A stretch of 63,952 nt of DNA from Octopus bimaculoides (GCF_001194135.2 NC_069006.1:16741512-16805463), one strand, 5' to 3'; shown: positions 13,330-27,116, numbered from the stretch's first letter. The notes: a model not told the origin generated them from the letters alone. Translations and numbers: made by a program.

Positions 13330-15290
13330 TACTAATGGAGATTGAGAGAAATCTGAAATGCTCCCACGAAAAAGTAGCCTATGCTATAGAAAATATAAAA
13401 TCAAACCCTAAAGTTTGCCAAAAGAAACTGTATTAGTGCGTTACAGGGTAGGGCCACTTCTCCAAAAAGATGACGCCCTCATGGGAAACCCATTGAAGAT
13501 ATGGGAAACCCATTGAAGATATGTGAAACACTGGACGAATAATTCAAAAATGCTTTTATCCCACCTTTATGACACATGCAAGTCAGTAAACCTACAATTT
13601 TTTTTTACCATTACAGATGTAAAAAGTGAGGCAGTAACAACTGATTACACCAATATAAAAGATGAAATACTAGCCATAGACAAGGGAAGCCTGAAGTCAA
13701 CAACTGGCCCTGGTAGTTTCCTAGCAATACTTCTAAGACCATGTAAATGAACCCTAGTAAAACCACTACAGTCTCTCTTCCGGTTTCTTCACAAGTTGCA
13801 AATTTCCAGATATTTGAAGGAAAGAATATGCTCTAACCATGAAGTAGATGGTACAGTGGGTGCCAAAAACTATAGGCCTATCTCTCTAACTTCATATATC
13901 AACAAAGTCACAGAACAGATAGTATGCAGGAAACTAATTGCATTCCTTGAAGAAAATGACTTGCTGACTGACACCCAGTGTGGTTTCTGACCAGGTAGAA
14001 GCTGCTTGACACAACTCTTACTACACTATTAGTGAATGCTGAAGCAACTGCTTAACCACTCAAATGTAGACATGATATATCTCAACTTTGCGAAAGCTTT
14101 TGATTAAGTCAATCATAAAATGATACATCACAAACTGCATGATCTTGGCATAGTTGGAAAACTAGGAGAGTAGCTACATGACTTTCTAAAAGATAGAAAT
14201 CAGGTTGTAGTAGTAATGAATGAGGGCCCCCTCCAAGGAAACACAAATAGAGAGTGGTATCTTACAGTGCACTGTCTTGGGGCCGCTACTCAGATATGCA
14301 ACTGTTCTCAGATATACCCTCATCCACACAGAGAGCCACTCTCACAAACTATGCAGATGAAACAAAAGTGTCACAGGTAACATAAAATCCTAAAGATGAC
14401 ATGCCCCTGCAATATGTGTTAGATGCAATGTACAAGTGGGCTGACGATAATAATATGCAGTTTAATGCAAGAAAGTTCCAAACCCTAGGCTATCAACAAA
14501 GTTAAATACAATGCAGAGATAAATACACTGGACCTGGAGGGGTTAAGAGTTCCAGAATCAACATCAGTGTTTAACCTGGACGTTGACATGAGTCATGATG
14601 CAGTCTTCCATGTGCATATTACTAAGTTGGCAATGAAATGCAGGTGGCTGACCAAATGGATCCTTAGAACTTTCAGAAAGAACAAGTGAGCAAGAAATCA
14701 TGATGATCCTCTGCAGGGTATTTGTCCTAAGCCATCTTGATTATTGCTCCCAACTATGGTCACCACACAGTGTGAAATTAATAGTGGAATTTGAAGCATT
14801 TCATCTGTGGGAGTGGGTAGTTGGCTGGGCCCAGCAATGCACTTGTCGATACTCTCATTCTTTGGAACACAAAGAAGATAGCATTGGTGCTAATTAGCTA
14901 CTATGAAAGACTGAAGAGGTCAAGACATTACTCCCTGGAACAAAAGTAGGAAAGATACGCAATATACATCTGGAAGATCCTGAAAGAACTCATCCCAAAC
15001 TTTGGCACTGAAAGTTAGAACAGAGAACCTAAAATCCCTTCTTTGCCGTCAAAATATAGGATCAGGGACTGGAATAGCGTGGGAGATTCAATATCCTCCC
15101 GAAAGAGTTGTGAGACTTAACATGGTGTGGTTGTAGATGTCTTCAAAATGAAACTGGATCTCCTACTGTGAAGGAGTCCCAGATGAGCCAACTTCACAGC
15201 AGGAAGTGGGAATGAGGGCAGCAGCATGAAAGTCCCTCATTCACCAAATGCCAACTATTAAGCTAGCTACTGTGACAAATGTGTACTAAT
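13330..15290 (+). mobile_element. Decayed CR1/L2-group (Jockey superfamily) LINE RT
   Basis: NYRPISLTS, QCGF*PGRSCLTQL, NFAKAFD*VNH, LSHLDYCSQLWSP; many stops. Confidence 0.8.
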
Positions 15291-15385
15291 AAAGATTGGT
15301 TACAAATATCAAAACAAAACAGTTCTCAATCGATGTAAATGTGAGAAAAATGTAGAATGAGAGAAACATTTTTTGACTTGCATAC

Positions 15386-15947
15386 CTTGAGTTTTAGCCG
15401 AAGAGTTTGGTGTTGTTGAGGACGGAGAAACAGTTGTCTCGGAGTTGGCATTAACTAAGCTGGTTTGCGATTCATTCAATTTAGTATTCCTTTGAAGTGT
15501 TGAAGAATCATCGAGGTCGCCTGTAACCTTGAGATTTGGTAATCCAGATCCATAGTTGGAAGTTCCTTTTAAAATACTTTTAGGTTTGGGCCGGAGTGGA
15601 GGTGGTACCATCGGCCTCGGAGCAGAGAACGAATTGATTTTTTTTATGGTGACCATACTGTCCGCAGATGAAGCATCAGTGGAAGTGGGTAGTTGGCTGG
15701 GCCCAGCCATGCACTCGTCGATACTCTCACTCTTTGGAACATTATAACTACCACTTCTCTTGAATAGCTTGCTGCTCTCTTTTTCACTGTGGCGCCTAAA
15801 CAGCCCTTTCTTTACTTCGTCCAACTTGTTAAGTTCATCTTCGGTCAAAGCCGACGGTTCTTTACCTTTCTCTTTCTTTTTCTGTTCCTTCTTCTCCTTC
15901 TCTTTCTCTTTCTTTTTGTCTTTCTCTTTCTTTCGGAAACTGAACAT
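15386..15947 (-). CDS. MYO18A: Unconventional myosin-XVIII (MYO18A-like), first coding exon (KE-rich N-terminus); the gene continues left beyond the window
   Basis: ORF starts MFSFRKKEKDKKKEKEKEKKEQKKKEK...LTEDELNKLDEVKKGLFRR, resembling the KE-rich start of MYO18A (MFNLMKKDKDK...KEKKEKKE...AELRSLEEM..RRGFF). Phase-1 donor CAAG|GTATGC at 15386/15385. No PDZ or motor exon was found in the window. Confidence 0.75.
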
Positions 15948-18900
15948 GATCGATCAGTTGTTAATAATGTTCAACCTAACACCGAATATATCTAAACCAG
16001 AAACGTTAGTGACCGCAGCCTTCGTCGTTGTTACGCAAACCCAGTCGGTTGTTACAGCTGAACAAAGTATCTCCGGCGGTATCAAACGTAATGAAAAAAC
16101 TGAGACGGGTAGGTTTGAAAGAACCAACCACAAAGTGTCAACGTCCCTTTTGTCACTACTGCTCTCCGAGTTGCGAGTGTGTTTGTCTGTGTGTGTATGT
16201 ATTCGTGTGATGTTTGTGTGTATGCAAACATGTGTGTAAATTAAAAAAATTGCTTTGGACCGTCATAAGAGGAAAACATCCGAAGTGATGGCAGAAAAGT
16301 ATTCTTGCCCAATTTAGGAAAGTTGTCAGTGGTCAGAGAGTTTCAATTCAAACAATTAGAACGCTAACTTAACACACACGAGATAATAGGAGCATTACTG
16401 TCTGCGAACAAAACAATATTGGTCGAATGTATATATGAACACAAAGTTAGATAATTTGTCTACGGATGTCAGAAGTACAACGGACAATTATGGGTTTATC
16501 AACTACTCATCCAAATCTATATATTAAAAAAAAAAAAAGACAATGGGACCTTTCAGAGACACTTCATGTCAGATGGCCTGTGTTCGCAAGAGATCTACAA
16601 ATAACAAAAATGTTGCAATTCAATCGGTTTGTTCGTAGTTTAAGTCACTGACCAGAAGCACAGGCGCAATGAGAAAATATTTCCAGTTGTAAAAGTGTCC
16701 TTTTTTTTTCAACTGCAGCATTTAACAAAAAATCGCTTTCACTCTCCTTCGTTGAGCTTCGAAGAACAAATCTACAAAACAACAAATGTTAGACTTCCTA
16801 AGTTTTACCACTACAAAAACTGATAAGACCACCTCTACTACCACTACAGCTAAGAAAATAATCACTACTACTACTACTAACACTGCTAATAATACCAATA
16901 CTATTACTTATACAGCTATTAATACTATAACTACCGCTATTACAACTACAAAACAAGCGGAGGGGGTTAGATTTTGCTCTACTTGTACTTTGTTAGGATT
17001 GGTGTTGGCGGGGATGATAAGATAAGAGTAATTAGTGTGTCGCGTGTGTGTAACAGTTAGTGCGCGCGTCTTCATACGTTTGACTATGTACAAGTGTGTA
17101 GGTGGCAGTGGTAGAGGGAGAAAGAGTGCGATAGAGCAGACGGAGAAAGTAATCTTTTGACGCGGATAAATGAGATAAAAGTGGGACTGTTGGTAGTGCG
17201 CGGCAACACTTTCTTCTGCTGGTTGTGAAAGGAAACACCAAATAAACAAACGTGAGTCTGTGGCGAGGCTAGAATCTGCTTCTTAATCCTATAACATGGC
17301 TGACAACTATCCGGGCACCTGCCAAACAAATACTTCCGCATCGTACATCGTAGCCGAACTTAGAGAGCTAACCAAGGTGTAACAACTTGGACGAAATGCA
17401 CGTCGATAGAGACAAGATGGTTTTTTGCCATTCATATCATATCTAAGTATGTTTCCATGATTAATATAAACACGAGGTCGGTTCAATAATTGTATATCCA
17501 AACTTATTTGTAACTGTTATCAAAAAAACAGTCACACAGATTGTATTCATACACCAAAGCAAGGGAGGTCACTCTGTCCTCTCACCTGGTAAAGTTACGT
17601 CACATTCGTAACGAGTGGTCAATCATAACAGACAAATCGTTCGATTGTAGGGAGAGAGGAATGTGTCTGTGTGTCACCTGTGATCTTGCATTTATCCATA
17701 CACGTCCCTTGATCAATATTACAGCGAACGTCAGAAATAGTTAGAAAAAAATATGTCCATTCTTCTGCAACACCTTGGTATTATAACGCACAGTTGAGTA
17801 GCAGCAGTTTGTTTATCTGTCTACTTAGTCGGTTAGATTTCTCTCTGTTTATCTATTCTCCAATTATCTGTCTAATCATTTGATTGACTATGTTTATATA
17901 GCTACATACTATATATTTCTTATATATGTATCAGCCGACTCATTTGGCCGTCTCTCTAACTTTACCAAGAGAAACAGTAGAATCCTTGGAAGCCAATGTA
18001 CGCAAAAACTAATTCCTCACTTTGTAAACTACCCCCTCTCTCTTAATCTGTTTACTGTTATTCTATTGCCTGTTGGTCTGTTTATCTTTTTCCCTTGGAC
18101 TCTGTGTATTAACGCTGACGTACAGAAAGCTGAACAGTGCTTTATAGTACCTTCATTTGATATCTCTTTACCCTGACTTCAAATCCATCTGAGTCGGTTG
18201 TTATTTCCGATAATATTACTATGAATAATAAATAAAAATTTCTGCTAATCAAGTATTTTCACCGATAGTTTTTAGTGCCCCTCGACATTTTACAATCTTA
18301 TCTATTTCAAACATGATTATTTTAAAGGGGTATGTTGGCTGTTGACGTTAATACTGTGTATTTGTAGTAAAACAGCAGAATCCGTGGAAACTAGTGTAAT
18401 TCTGCATCATCGAATGTGTGTGACGACAGTAGTAACAAAATTAAAATCTATCATTCGTGGGCTATATAATGTTTACTCCTGTTGCTACTGCACATCTCTT
18501 GTGTATCTCAGAACTGAGATTATCCCTCTTTCACTTTTCCTTCTCTATCGCTTGTACATTAAACACAAACCTGGACAGAGGCCAAAGATGGAGTTTCTAT
18601 GTGCTCGCTCGACCTACAATAAATTGCAGCCAAATCACCCACCTGCCTACACCCTTTTCGAAAGGTAAAGACGCATTGATTAACGTAGTGCTAGATATGT
18701 AACATACTTTACTTAGAGAAGGATAAAGTGGTTATAGCTGGGTCGCTTTTGATCATAGGTCTGCTGAAGCAGAGCTAACCTGGAGATAAACAAACCACAC
18801 GAACCTTGGAATATACCTGCAATGCAGATGACACGACAACCCTGTCTGATTCACTACAGAATTCCTATACCCACCTAGTCACACACAAAGGAAGTCACAT

Positions 18901-19409
18901 AGCACAACTATATCCTCATAACTCGAGAGTATTACTATTTTCTTTTTCATTTCGTTCTTCCTGAATCAAAAAAAAAATGTACCAGTAATATCCTAGTGAC
19001 CATTATTATAAAAGAAAGAAAATAATAACAAAATCATCGTCATCATTGTCATTATTAGAGTGATAGATGCTTTAGCATTCTGGACAAAATTCTTTACAAG
19101 GATTGTTCCCGCTTTTTTTACCTTCTGAGTCGATGTCCTGCAGAAATCAACCTTGCCTTTCATCATTTCAGCGTTGATAGAATATCTTATATACATTGAT
19201 AACGTAAAGCTGTTTTGTTTTAATATTCATCGATTTTATGGCTAACATAAATAATTAACACTTGAGTGAGTTAAAATTTTTAAAAAGTGATTTGGAGTGA
19301 ATAGAAAAGAAAGTAGTGAAAGACAAAAAGTATTAAGGTATTTGACACAAAAGAAAAAAAATCCATAATTAATTTGGTACACCAATATCCAATATTCCTT
19401 TCTTCTATA

Positions 19410-19612
19410 GGCACAAGGCCTGAAATTTTGGGGAGGTGGGTAAGTTGATTACATTGACCCCAGTGTTCAATTGGTACTTATTTTATCAACCCCAGAAAGA
19501 ATGAAAGGCAAAGTTGACCTTGGCAGAATTTGAACTCAGAATGTAAAAACAGATAAAATACCGCTAAGCATTTCGCCTGGTATGTTAACAATTCTGTCAG
19601 CTCATCACCTTA
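19410..19612 (-). mobile_element. tRNA-derived SINE with a Meta-domain-like core; similar copies near 3800-4170, 35005-35210, 50130-50300 and 50590-50890
   Basis: The minus strand has gagttcaaattc (B-box) then gtcaactttgcctttcat...gggttgataaaataagtacc. The Meta-domain resemblance is from memory only. Confidence 0.7.
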
Positions 19613-19869
19613 CACCAATATTCAATATTGCCAACATTTTTCGAAAAGTTTCCAATATTTTATCATTAAATTTGGATTTTTTTTTATTTATTTATTTATT
19701 TTTTTATAGAAACAGCCAATAAAATTTTGGCAGCTCAGGTATTCAAATGTTAAATTTCTGCCAGCTCACCACTGAGTACACACATAAGGTTGCTTATAGA
19801 TAATGTGGGAAAGCCCTTTGGCTTGGCTCTTCATTACATGTAAACGATGTGATGACCATTAGATTCATA

Positions 19870-21095
19870 TATTGATATAAGATCCATGGTTATGAACATG
19901 TATAATACGGTATTCAGATTCAAATAATGATATATATTCTACTTTTCCTCTGTGGGAATATTCCATATATAGTTATTCTTGTTTTATTCACATGATTTTT
20001 AGTCTATCATGTGTCAAGAAAGAGCTTCAAGGATTCATATATTCAATATGGATTCATATCCTCCTAAAACAAGTGTGAAGGCTTGAGTGTGTTACCTGTG
20101 GAAAAGCTTTGCCAAATGATTCTATAAAGCCAACAAAGTTAAAGCAGCAATTATTGTATATTCATTCTATACATGACAAAACCTGTTTTGAATGTCATGG
20201 AAATGATCTCTGAATCTTGGTTCAACAGAGGCATTCCAAGAATATGTCACAGCATTGGAGATATCCAAAGAGAGAAAAGAATTATGCATACAATTTGGGA
20301 AACCTTGATCAAACCAAATGATCTCAAAATGGTGGAAATTGTATTTGGAAACAGATTGGAGAAAATGCTTGCAGCAGTTTCATTATCAAATGGTATTGTT
20401 TAAAGATCAGTGTCAGCAATGACATTGAGGATCAAGTTGAGCAAGGGATCAAGTTACTGGCATTTACAAGATAGGTTCACTCAGCCTTACTTAGATAAAA
20501 GTTTCTTTTTTGTTTTACTCCTGAAACAATTGCCGAGTTTTCAGATATTTTGGAAAAGATTTCATTTTTCATAGACACAGAACTTTTTTGTGAGATAATG
20601 TCTGTGGGTGGTGTACTGGCGATGAACCAACTATTGGGAATAAAATCTGGATTTCAAGTACGAAAAAGCAAGCCCCTAAGTATTCATCTGTAGGCAAGAA
20701 GTCAAAATCAGATGGAATTGTAAAGGAAAACTAGTGATGAAAACAGGAATGGTTATAGACTCACTATAGTTTGATATTGTGAAAATGCAGGATTGAATAT
20801 TAAAAGTTCTCATTTGGAACTATTCACTTGAAGAGTCTCGTAAAAGCTAGACACCAACTTTGCAATATCATCATTATCCAATGCAAATCATGCAGGACGA
20901 TATCACTTTGGTGAACTCCTGAGAGAGGACATATACATTGATCATTGAAATAAAGATATGAAGGCTCTTGATGTACCTACTGAGTAAAAAGATAGAGTTC
21001 TGGGGCCCTCACTGTCAATGAATCACAGATGATATCATGCCTGATTGAATCAAAACTGGTTCCAGGTTGAGTTTGAAAACCACCTCAGGAACATT
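19870..21095 (+). mobile_element. hAT (Charlie/Buster/ZBED5-like) transposase remnant
   Basis: HTIWETLIKP..LKMVEIVFG...AVSLSNGIV, plus downstream CTDG..TM.G.KSGF-like sequence near 20600; stops and frameshifts. Confidence 0.75.
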
Positions 21096-24000
21096 GGATT
21101 AAACACAAATATTTTAGTAGTGTGAATGGCTATTTTACGCCTAGTTTAGAACTTAATTTAGAATAGGTGCAAATTACTAAAAGAGATATCAGGAGATCAA
21201 TAACAAGTTTGCCTTCAATATGAGGCATCACAAGGCACCCCAAACTATTGATGAAATGGGTTATCCCCCACCCCAACTTCACAAAAAATAGATGTATACA
21301 AAGGAAGATCTGCTTGGATAGAAGCATGATTACAAACTTTAGGGGACATTCCAGAAGTTTGATGTTAGTATCATGATACTATCTTTAAGATTTGGAGGGG
21401 TGCAGACACTAGTTTTGAGGCCAGAACCTACAGGGAAGGGTGTGATTGCATAACCTTGAGTGAATGATGATCTTGCATAACGTTGAACTTTAGGTTAGCA
21501 TTAAATATCATCCAATGGGGACGACAGAAGTTTTATTTTTCAATTGTTCAAGGAATTCCACTTTACACTGAATGAAAAAAGACAAACTAAAACCCTCAAA
21601 ATAATATTTGCTGAATTTGGTATTGGTAGCTTTCTTGAGGTTTGGATGCTCACTGACATTTGAAGCTGATATGTTTCTATTGGACCAAAAACTCAAAATA
21701 AGAAGGGAACAAGGTTTCAAACAATTTAAATTATCATTTCAGCAAAGAAGTGAGTGAACCACTCTTCTCAGATTCATTGACACTTACAAGTTTGAAGAAA
21801 GTAGTATATCAGTTGGTTATGTTGTTAGACAAACATAATTTTAAAGTACTTTGGAGAGATAGTAGGCATGGGATTCCAAGCCACCTTTGGAAAATAGTTG
21901 ATACACTTCAGGGCTTGGATTGATTTCCTAAGACTACAGTAAAATCCTCAATGGGAAACTGTTCTAACCTCTGATGTGTATCAGGAGAAAAATAACAATG
22001 TTGTCATGTCCAGTTAGGTTAACTTTTTGCTTCATCCTTAATTTTACCCATATATTTCAAATAATAACTTTTATAATAATAAATTGCACTTTCAAGTAGA
22101 CTTATTAGAGAATATAGAAGACATCATTAGAAGCAGAAAACACACACTAAATTGACGTGATCACACAGAATCCACCACCTAAATCTTTAGGGAAGGAAGG
22201 TGAGATAGATAAGCAGAGGGAACATTGTTGTCTATATCCAATATTGGTTGAGAAAAAGTAGACAAAGTCCTAGGTAACGTAACAAAGTGATCTAACTAAA
22301 TGAACTTCGTGGTTAAATGTGACAAATCACAGATTTATGTGTATCAATACTATTATAACTTTGTATTAGGACTAGTTAGTTTCATCTTCCTGTCCAAAGA
22401 ACATCAGACTACCAGAGCCTTCTAGTCATCTCTGTCAAGTGCTTAATCCCGAGTCTTCTTCAGATACCCTAACTTCTTTGGATCCTGCAGAGACCACTGG
22501 AGACACTGGTTTAGAAGTTGGGTGGGATACATTTTCATCACATGCCACTTCATCTTCCTGCTATCCACCAACCGATGCCTATATGTAAAAACGGACGTTA
22601 AATGATGATAAGGTGTAAGAGGAACTCCGAAGGGGAAAATGCCAGTCATTACAGCTACGTTGGACTCAAACATTTAATGCAAGGTACTGTCGTTCATGAG
22701 AGCAATTCTAGAAGGCTCCGACTAAAACAAATTCTTCACAATAATTTTTCTTCCTTTCATCTATTCTCAGATTCACCTCTACTTACAAACTTTGACCCTC
22801 GTTCACTCTATTTTTCCGTCCAATTATCTCATAGCTTATTCTTCCCTCTCCTCTTGCCCACTTTTTATCCCCCCCCCTCCCCCCATACAAACGGGCATAC
22901 ATATAATACTCCTTTGCAGCATACTAACTTCTTCCCTNNNNNNNNNNNNNNNNNNNNNNNNNNNNNNNNNNNNNNNNNNNNNNNNNNNNNNNNNNNNNNN
23001 NNNNNNNNNNNNNNNNNNNNNNNNNNNNNNNNNNNNNNNNNNNNNNNNNNNNNNNNNNNNNNNNNNNNNNNNNNNNNNNNNNNNNNNNNNNNNNNNNNNN
23101 NNNNNNNNNNNNNNNNNNNNNNNNNNNNNNNNNNNNNNNNNNNNNNNNNNNNNNNNNNNNNNNNNNNNNNNNNNNNNNNNNNNNNNNNNNNNNNNNNNNN
23201 NNNNNNNNNNNNNNNNNNNNNNNNNNNNNNNNNNNNNNNNNNNNNNNNNNNNNNNNNNNNNNNNNNNNNNNNNNNNNNNNNNNNNNNNNNNNNNNNNNNN
23301 NNNNNNNNNNNNNNNNNNNNNNNNNNNNNNNNNNNNNNNNNNNNNNNNNNNNNNNNNNNNNNNNNNNNNNNNNNNNNNNNNNNNNNNNNNNNNNNNNNNN
23401 NNNNNNNNNNNNNNNNNNNNNNNNNNNNNNNNNNNNNNNNNNNNNNNNNNNNNNNNNNNNNNNNNNNNNNNNNNNNNNNNNNNNNNNNNNNNNNNNNNNN
23501 NNNNNNNNNNNNNNNNNNNNNNNNNNNNNNNNNNNNNNNNNNNNNNNNNNNNNNNNNNNNNNNNNNNNNNNNNNNNNNNNNNNNNNNNNNNNNNNNNNNN
23601 NNNNNNNNNNNNNNNNNNNNNNNNNNNNNNNNNNNNNNNNNNNNNNNNNNNNNNNNNNNNNNNNNNNNNNNNNNNNNNNNNNNNNNNNNNNNNNNNNNNN
23701 NNNNNNNNNNNNNNNNNNNNNNNNNNNNNNNNNNNNNNNNNNNNNNNNNNNNNNNNNNNNNNNNNNNNNNNNNNNNNNNNNNNNNNNNNNNNNNNNNNNN
23801 NNNNNNNNNNNNNNNNNNNNNNNNNNNNNNNNNNNNNNNNNNNNNNNNNNNNNNNNNNNNNNNNNNNNNNNNNNNNNNNNNNNNNNNNNNNNNNNNNNNN
23901 NNNNNNNNNNNNNTTTTTTTTTTTTTTTTTTCATAAAAAAGATACCACCCATCCTTTCGAAAGCCAGGCTGGGAAAAACCTCGGCAAAACGGAGAAAATG

Positions 24001-24279
24001 TAACTTATGTAGGCGTCTTGTACCGAAACTCCGCTGAATAAGTTATTCTTACATGAAAAACTGATAAAGTATCTTGATGATATATTCGTATAAACCATGC
24101 TAGCATGGGGGTAAAAAAAAAGAAAGAAAAAACCGACGAACAAATATAAAGACATGCGTGCGTCTGCTAACGTAGTAGGATGTTCTTTACATCAGGTTCT
24201 ATTTATCAGTTTACACCGTACAGTCTCATTGATAGGCGCCACATTCAAAATAATGTTGTCCATACAGAATATAATTCGT

Positions 24280-24366
24280 GAAAGCTCATTGAATTTGATG
24301 GCTGGGAGAGAGTTAACGTTGTTTCAAAGAGAGATGTTATTGAACCGTGGGAGTTGACGTGTATTT
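24280..24366 (+). promoter_or_regulatory. Candidate non-coding 5' exon of STN1
   Basis: Donor-like ttt|GTAAGT at 24366/24367 and an acceptor attatag| at 27077, upstream of the STN1 ATG. The start coordinate is approximate and there is no transcript evidence. Confidence 0.3.
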
Positions 24367-24416
24367 GTAAGTATGTCCTAATTATTCTTTTAGTAGCAAC
24401 ATACATATATGTGCCT

Positions 24417-24738
24417 GGAGGAGCAATGGCCCAGTGGTTAGGGCAGCGGACTCGCGGTCATAGCATCGCGGTTTCGATTCCAAGACCGGGCGTTGTGAGT
24501 GTTTATTGAGCGAAAACACCTAAAAGCTCCACGAGGCTCCGGCAGGGGGTGGTGGCGAACCCTGCTGTACTTTTCCACCACAACTTTCTCTCACTCTTAC
24601 TTCCTGTTTCTGTTGTGCCTGTAATTCAAAGTGTCAGCCTTGTCACACTGTGTCACGCTGAATATCCCCCGAGAACTACGTTATGGGTACACGTGTCTGT
24701 GGAGTGCTCAGCCACTTGCACGTTAATTTCATGAGCAG
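24417..24738 (+). mobile_element. tRNA-derived SINE (GGAGGCGCAATGGCCCAGTGG family), truncated by a gap
   Basis: A/B boxes tggcccagtggttagg and ggtttcgattcc; collinear with copies at 27371, 30276 and 47693. Confidence 0.88.
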
Positions 24739-25699
24739 NNNNNNNNNNNNNNNNNNNNNNNNNNNNNNNNNNNNNNNNNNNNNNNNNNNNNNNNNNNNNN
24801 NNNNNNNNNNNNNNNNNNNNNNNNNNNNNNNNNNNNNNNNNNNNNNNNNNNNNNNNNNNNNNNNNNNNNNNNNNNNNNNNNNNNNNNNNNNNNNNNNNNN
24901 NNNNNNNNNNNNNNNNNNNNNNNNNNNNNNNNNNNNNNNNNNNNNNNNNNNNNNNNNNNNNNNNNNNNNNNNNNNNNNNNNNNNNNNNNNNNNNNNNNNN
25001 NNNNNNNNNNNNNNNNNNNNNNNNNNNNNNNNNNNNNNATAAATTCTCTCTGTTGAAAATTATATTTTTATATTTTAAATAATTTGCAATTTCAGGAAAT
25101 ATGTTTTTATATTAAATTTGTGTTTTCTAATAAGGTGGACGAGTGATTGATAGATAGGTAGATAGTAGATAGATATCAGTAAGTAAGTAAGCCAATAGCT
25201 CGCTCCGGCCAGTCATGGTATTAGCTGTCAGTAGCCAAAGAATCAACTCAAACCAGCAACAGGCAGGCAGACAGACAGACACTTCACTAGCAGTGAGCAC
25301 TTTCACTTCTGACAGCTAATAGCATGATAGTGCCGTTGTTTTTAGCCCCAGGAAGACATTCATATCCATCTCTTTATACACATATCTATATGCTTATTGA
25401 ATACTTTATAATTGTTATGTATGCCGTTTGAAAAGTATTTAAACAAAATTTTAATTAAAAAAACAACAAAACAATTTCCTAACAATTACAAGGGAAAAAC
25501 TCGGATCTTGTGAATTTACCGAAGTCCTCTCCCTACCTCCTTGGAAAAGATTTTCCCCACAAATTTATTTATAATCGTAATGTATGCCGTTTGAAAGGTA
25601 TTTCTATAAAATTTCATTGAAAAAAAACAAACATTTTTCTAAAAGTTATGAGGGAAAAACTCGGATCTTGTGAATTTTCCGAGGTCCTCTTCCCACCAT

Positions 25700-26279
25700 T
25701 ATAACATTATACGTAATGATACCAGTGGTACCTGCCCTAGATATAGAAACAAAGACTGGAATAGGATACAAAGAATTTGTGACAAAGCAAACAGCGAACA
25801 CGTGGTATAAAACCAACAAATATCAAGGAATAATGTTTGTAGAGGCCACAGCCCATAGAGAACTAGCTCCTAGGTTTAGAAAAGCCCTGAAAGAGACCAA
25901 ACTCAACATTAAGATTGTTGAAAAGCCAGGGAACTCCGTCAGATCACAAATATGGAGGAGTACCCCTTTGAGAATACCATATGCACCAATGATAACTGCA
26001 TGGTATGTAGGATTAGCCCTGGCATTAACTGTAGAACTAGAAATATAGTTTACAGCATAAGATGCATAGAAGGTGCTTGTAAAGACATGAACAGGACATA
26101 CATAGGGGAGACATCCAGGAGCATTGTGGAATGACTAAATGAACATTTGAGACAATATGATGACAAAAAACAGTCCTCCATACTCTACCAACATCGAGGC
26201 AACCTGGGTCAACTTGACATCCACATCTTATTCAAGCACCCTAAGGACCCAACACTCAGACAAATACAGGAGTACGCCC
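25700..26279 (+). mobile_element. Penelope-like element ORF fragment (RT C-terminus and GIY-YIG endonuclease)
   Basis: MFVEAT..RELA..FRKAL, then frameshifted CMVC...NCRTRNIVYSIRC...YIGETSRSI.E*LNEH; runs into a gap. Confidence 0.8.
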
Positions 26280-27116
26280 NNNNNNNNNNNNNNNNNNNNN
26301 NNNNNNNNNNNNNNNNNNNNNNNNNNNNNNNNNNNNNNNNNNNNNNNNNNNNNNNNNNNNNNNNNNNNNNNNNNNNNNNNNNNNNNNNNNNNNNNNNNNN
26401 NNNNNNNNNNNNNNNNNNNNNNNNNNNNNNNNNNNNNNNNNNNNNNNNNNNNNNNNNNNNNNNNNCATACCCACAGTTTACACAGGTAGAGTAGAATAGT
26501 TAGTGGGCTGTTATGTAGATAGATGTATGTATATATGTATATGAGCGTATGGATATGAAAGTAAACAGATCAACATACAGACAGATAGGTACATAGGTTA
26601 TATGAACAGACAAGCACACATACACAAATGAAGACTGAAACACATGACCATATATACACACACACTTTACTTCACACAAGGACACATACCCACACATATG
26701 GAGATGCACATCCATACATACAAACACAGCAGCATTCGTCCTATTTTTCTGGACTGCCATGTTAGCTTGGCGATAACTATTAATACCCAGAACTTTAATA
26801 ATATGGATAATATTGAATGTATGATTTTATTTTTATCTGTTTATTACTAGGCACAGTAGCATTCTTATTTTACTGCGAAAATATAACAAACCATGGGGAA
26901 ATATTATTTTGCTTGGAAACAGGCAAGGGCTAGCAACAAGAAAGAGCATCTGACAGAAGAAAATCTGCCTCTGCCCGATCCATGCAAGCATGGAGAAGTG
27001 GACCTTAAAATGATGATGAATTCTATATCACTTGTTCATCCTGCTTCATTCATTCATTTTTCCATTCTATATTATAGAATAAATACTTCTTTTGGTTATT
27101 ACTGTTACCTACAATC

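Noticed and set aside
16786-17025. Thr-rich ORF
   Set aside because: (ACT/AAT)n trinucleotide tract with no splice or homology support.
19122-19137. 16-nt AG/GT-bounded microexon candidate on the minus strand
   Set aside because: It lies in a decayed SINE segment (gaaaggcaaggttga...actcagaa) and upstream of the myosin ATG.
21130-21960. Short minus-strand ORFs that might be a gene or retroelement
   Set aside because: No recognisable motif or consistent splice sites; left uncalled.
24417-24490. tRNA gene calls at SINE heads (also 27371, 30276, 40298, 47693, 54029, 59384, 60000)
   Set aside because: The A/B boxes run straight into SINE bodies, several with TSDs, and no complete acceptor stem is seen.
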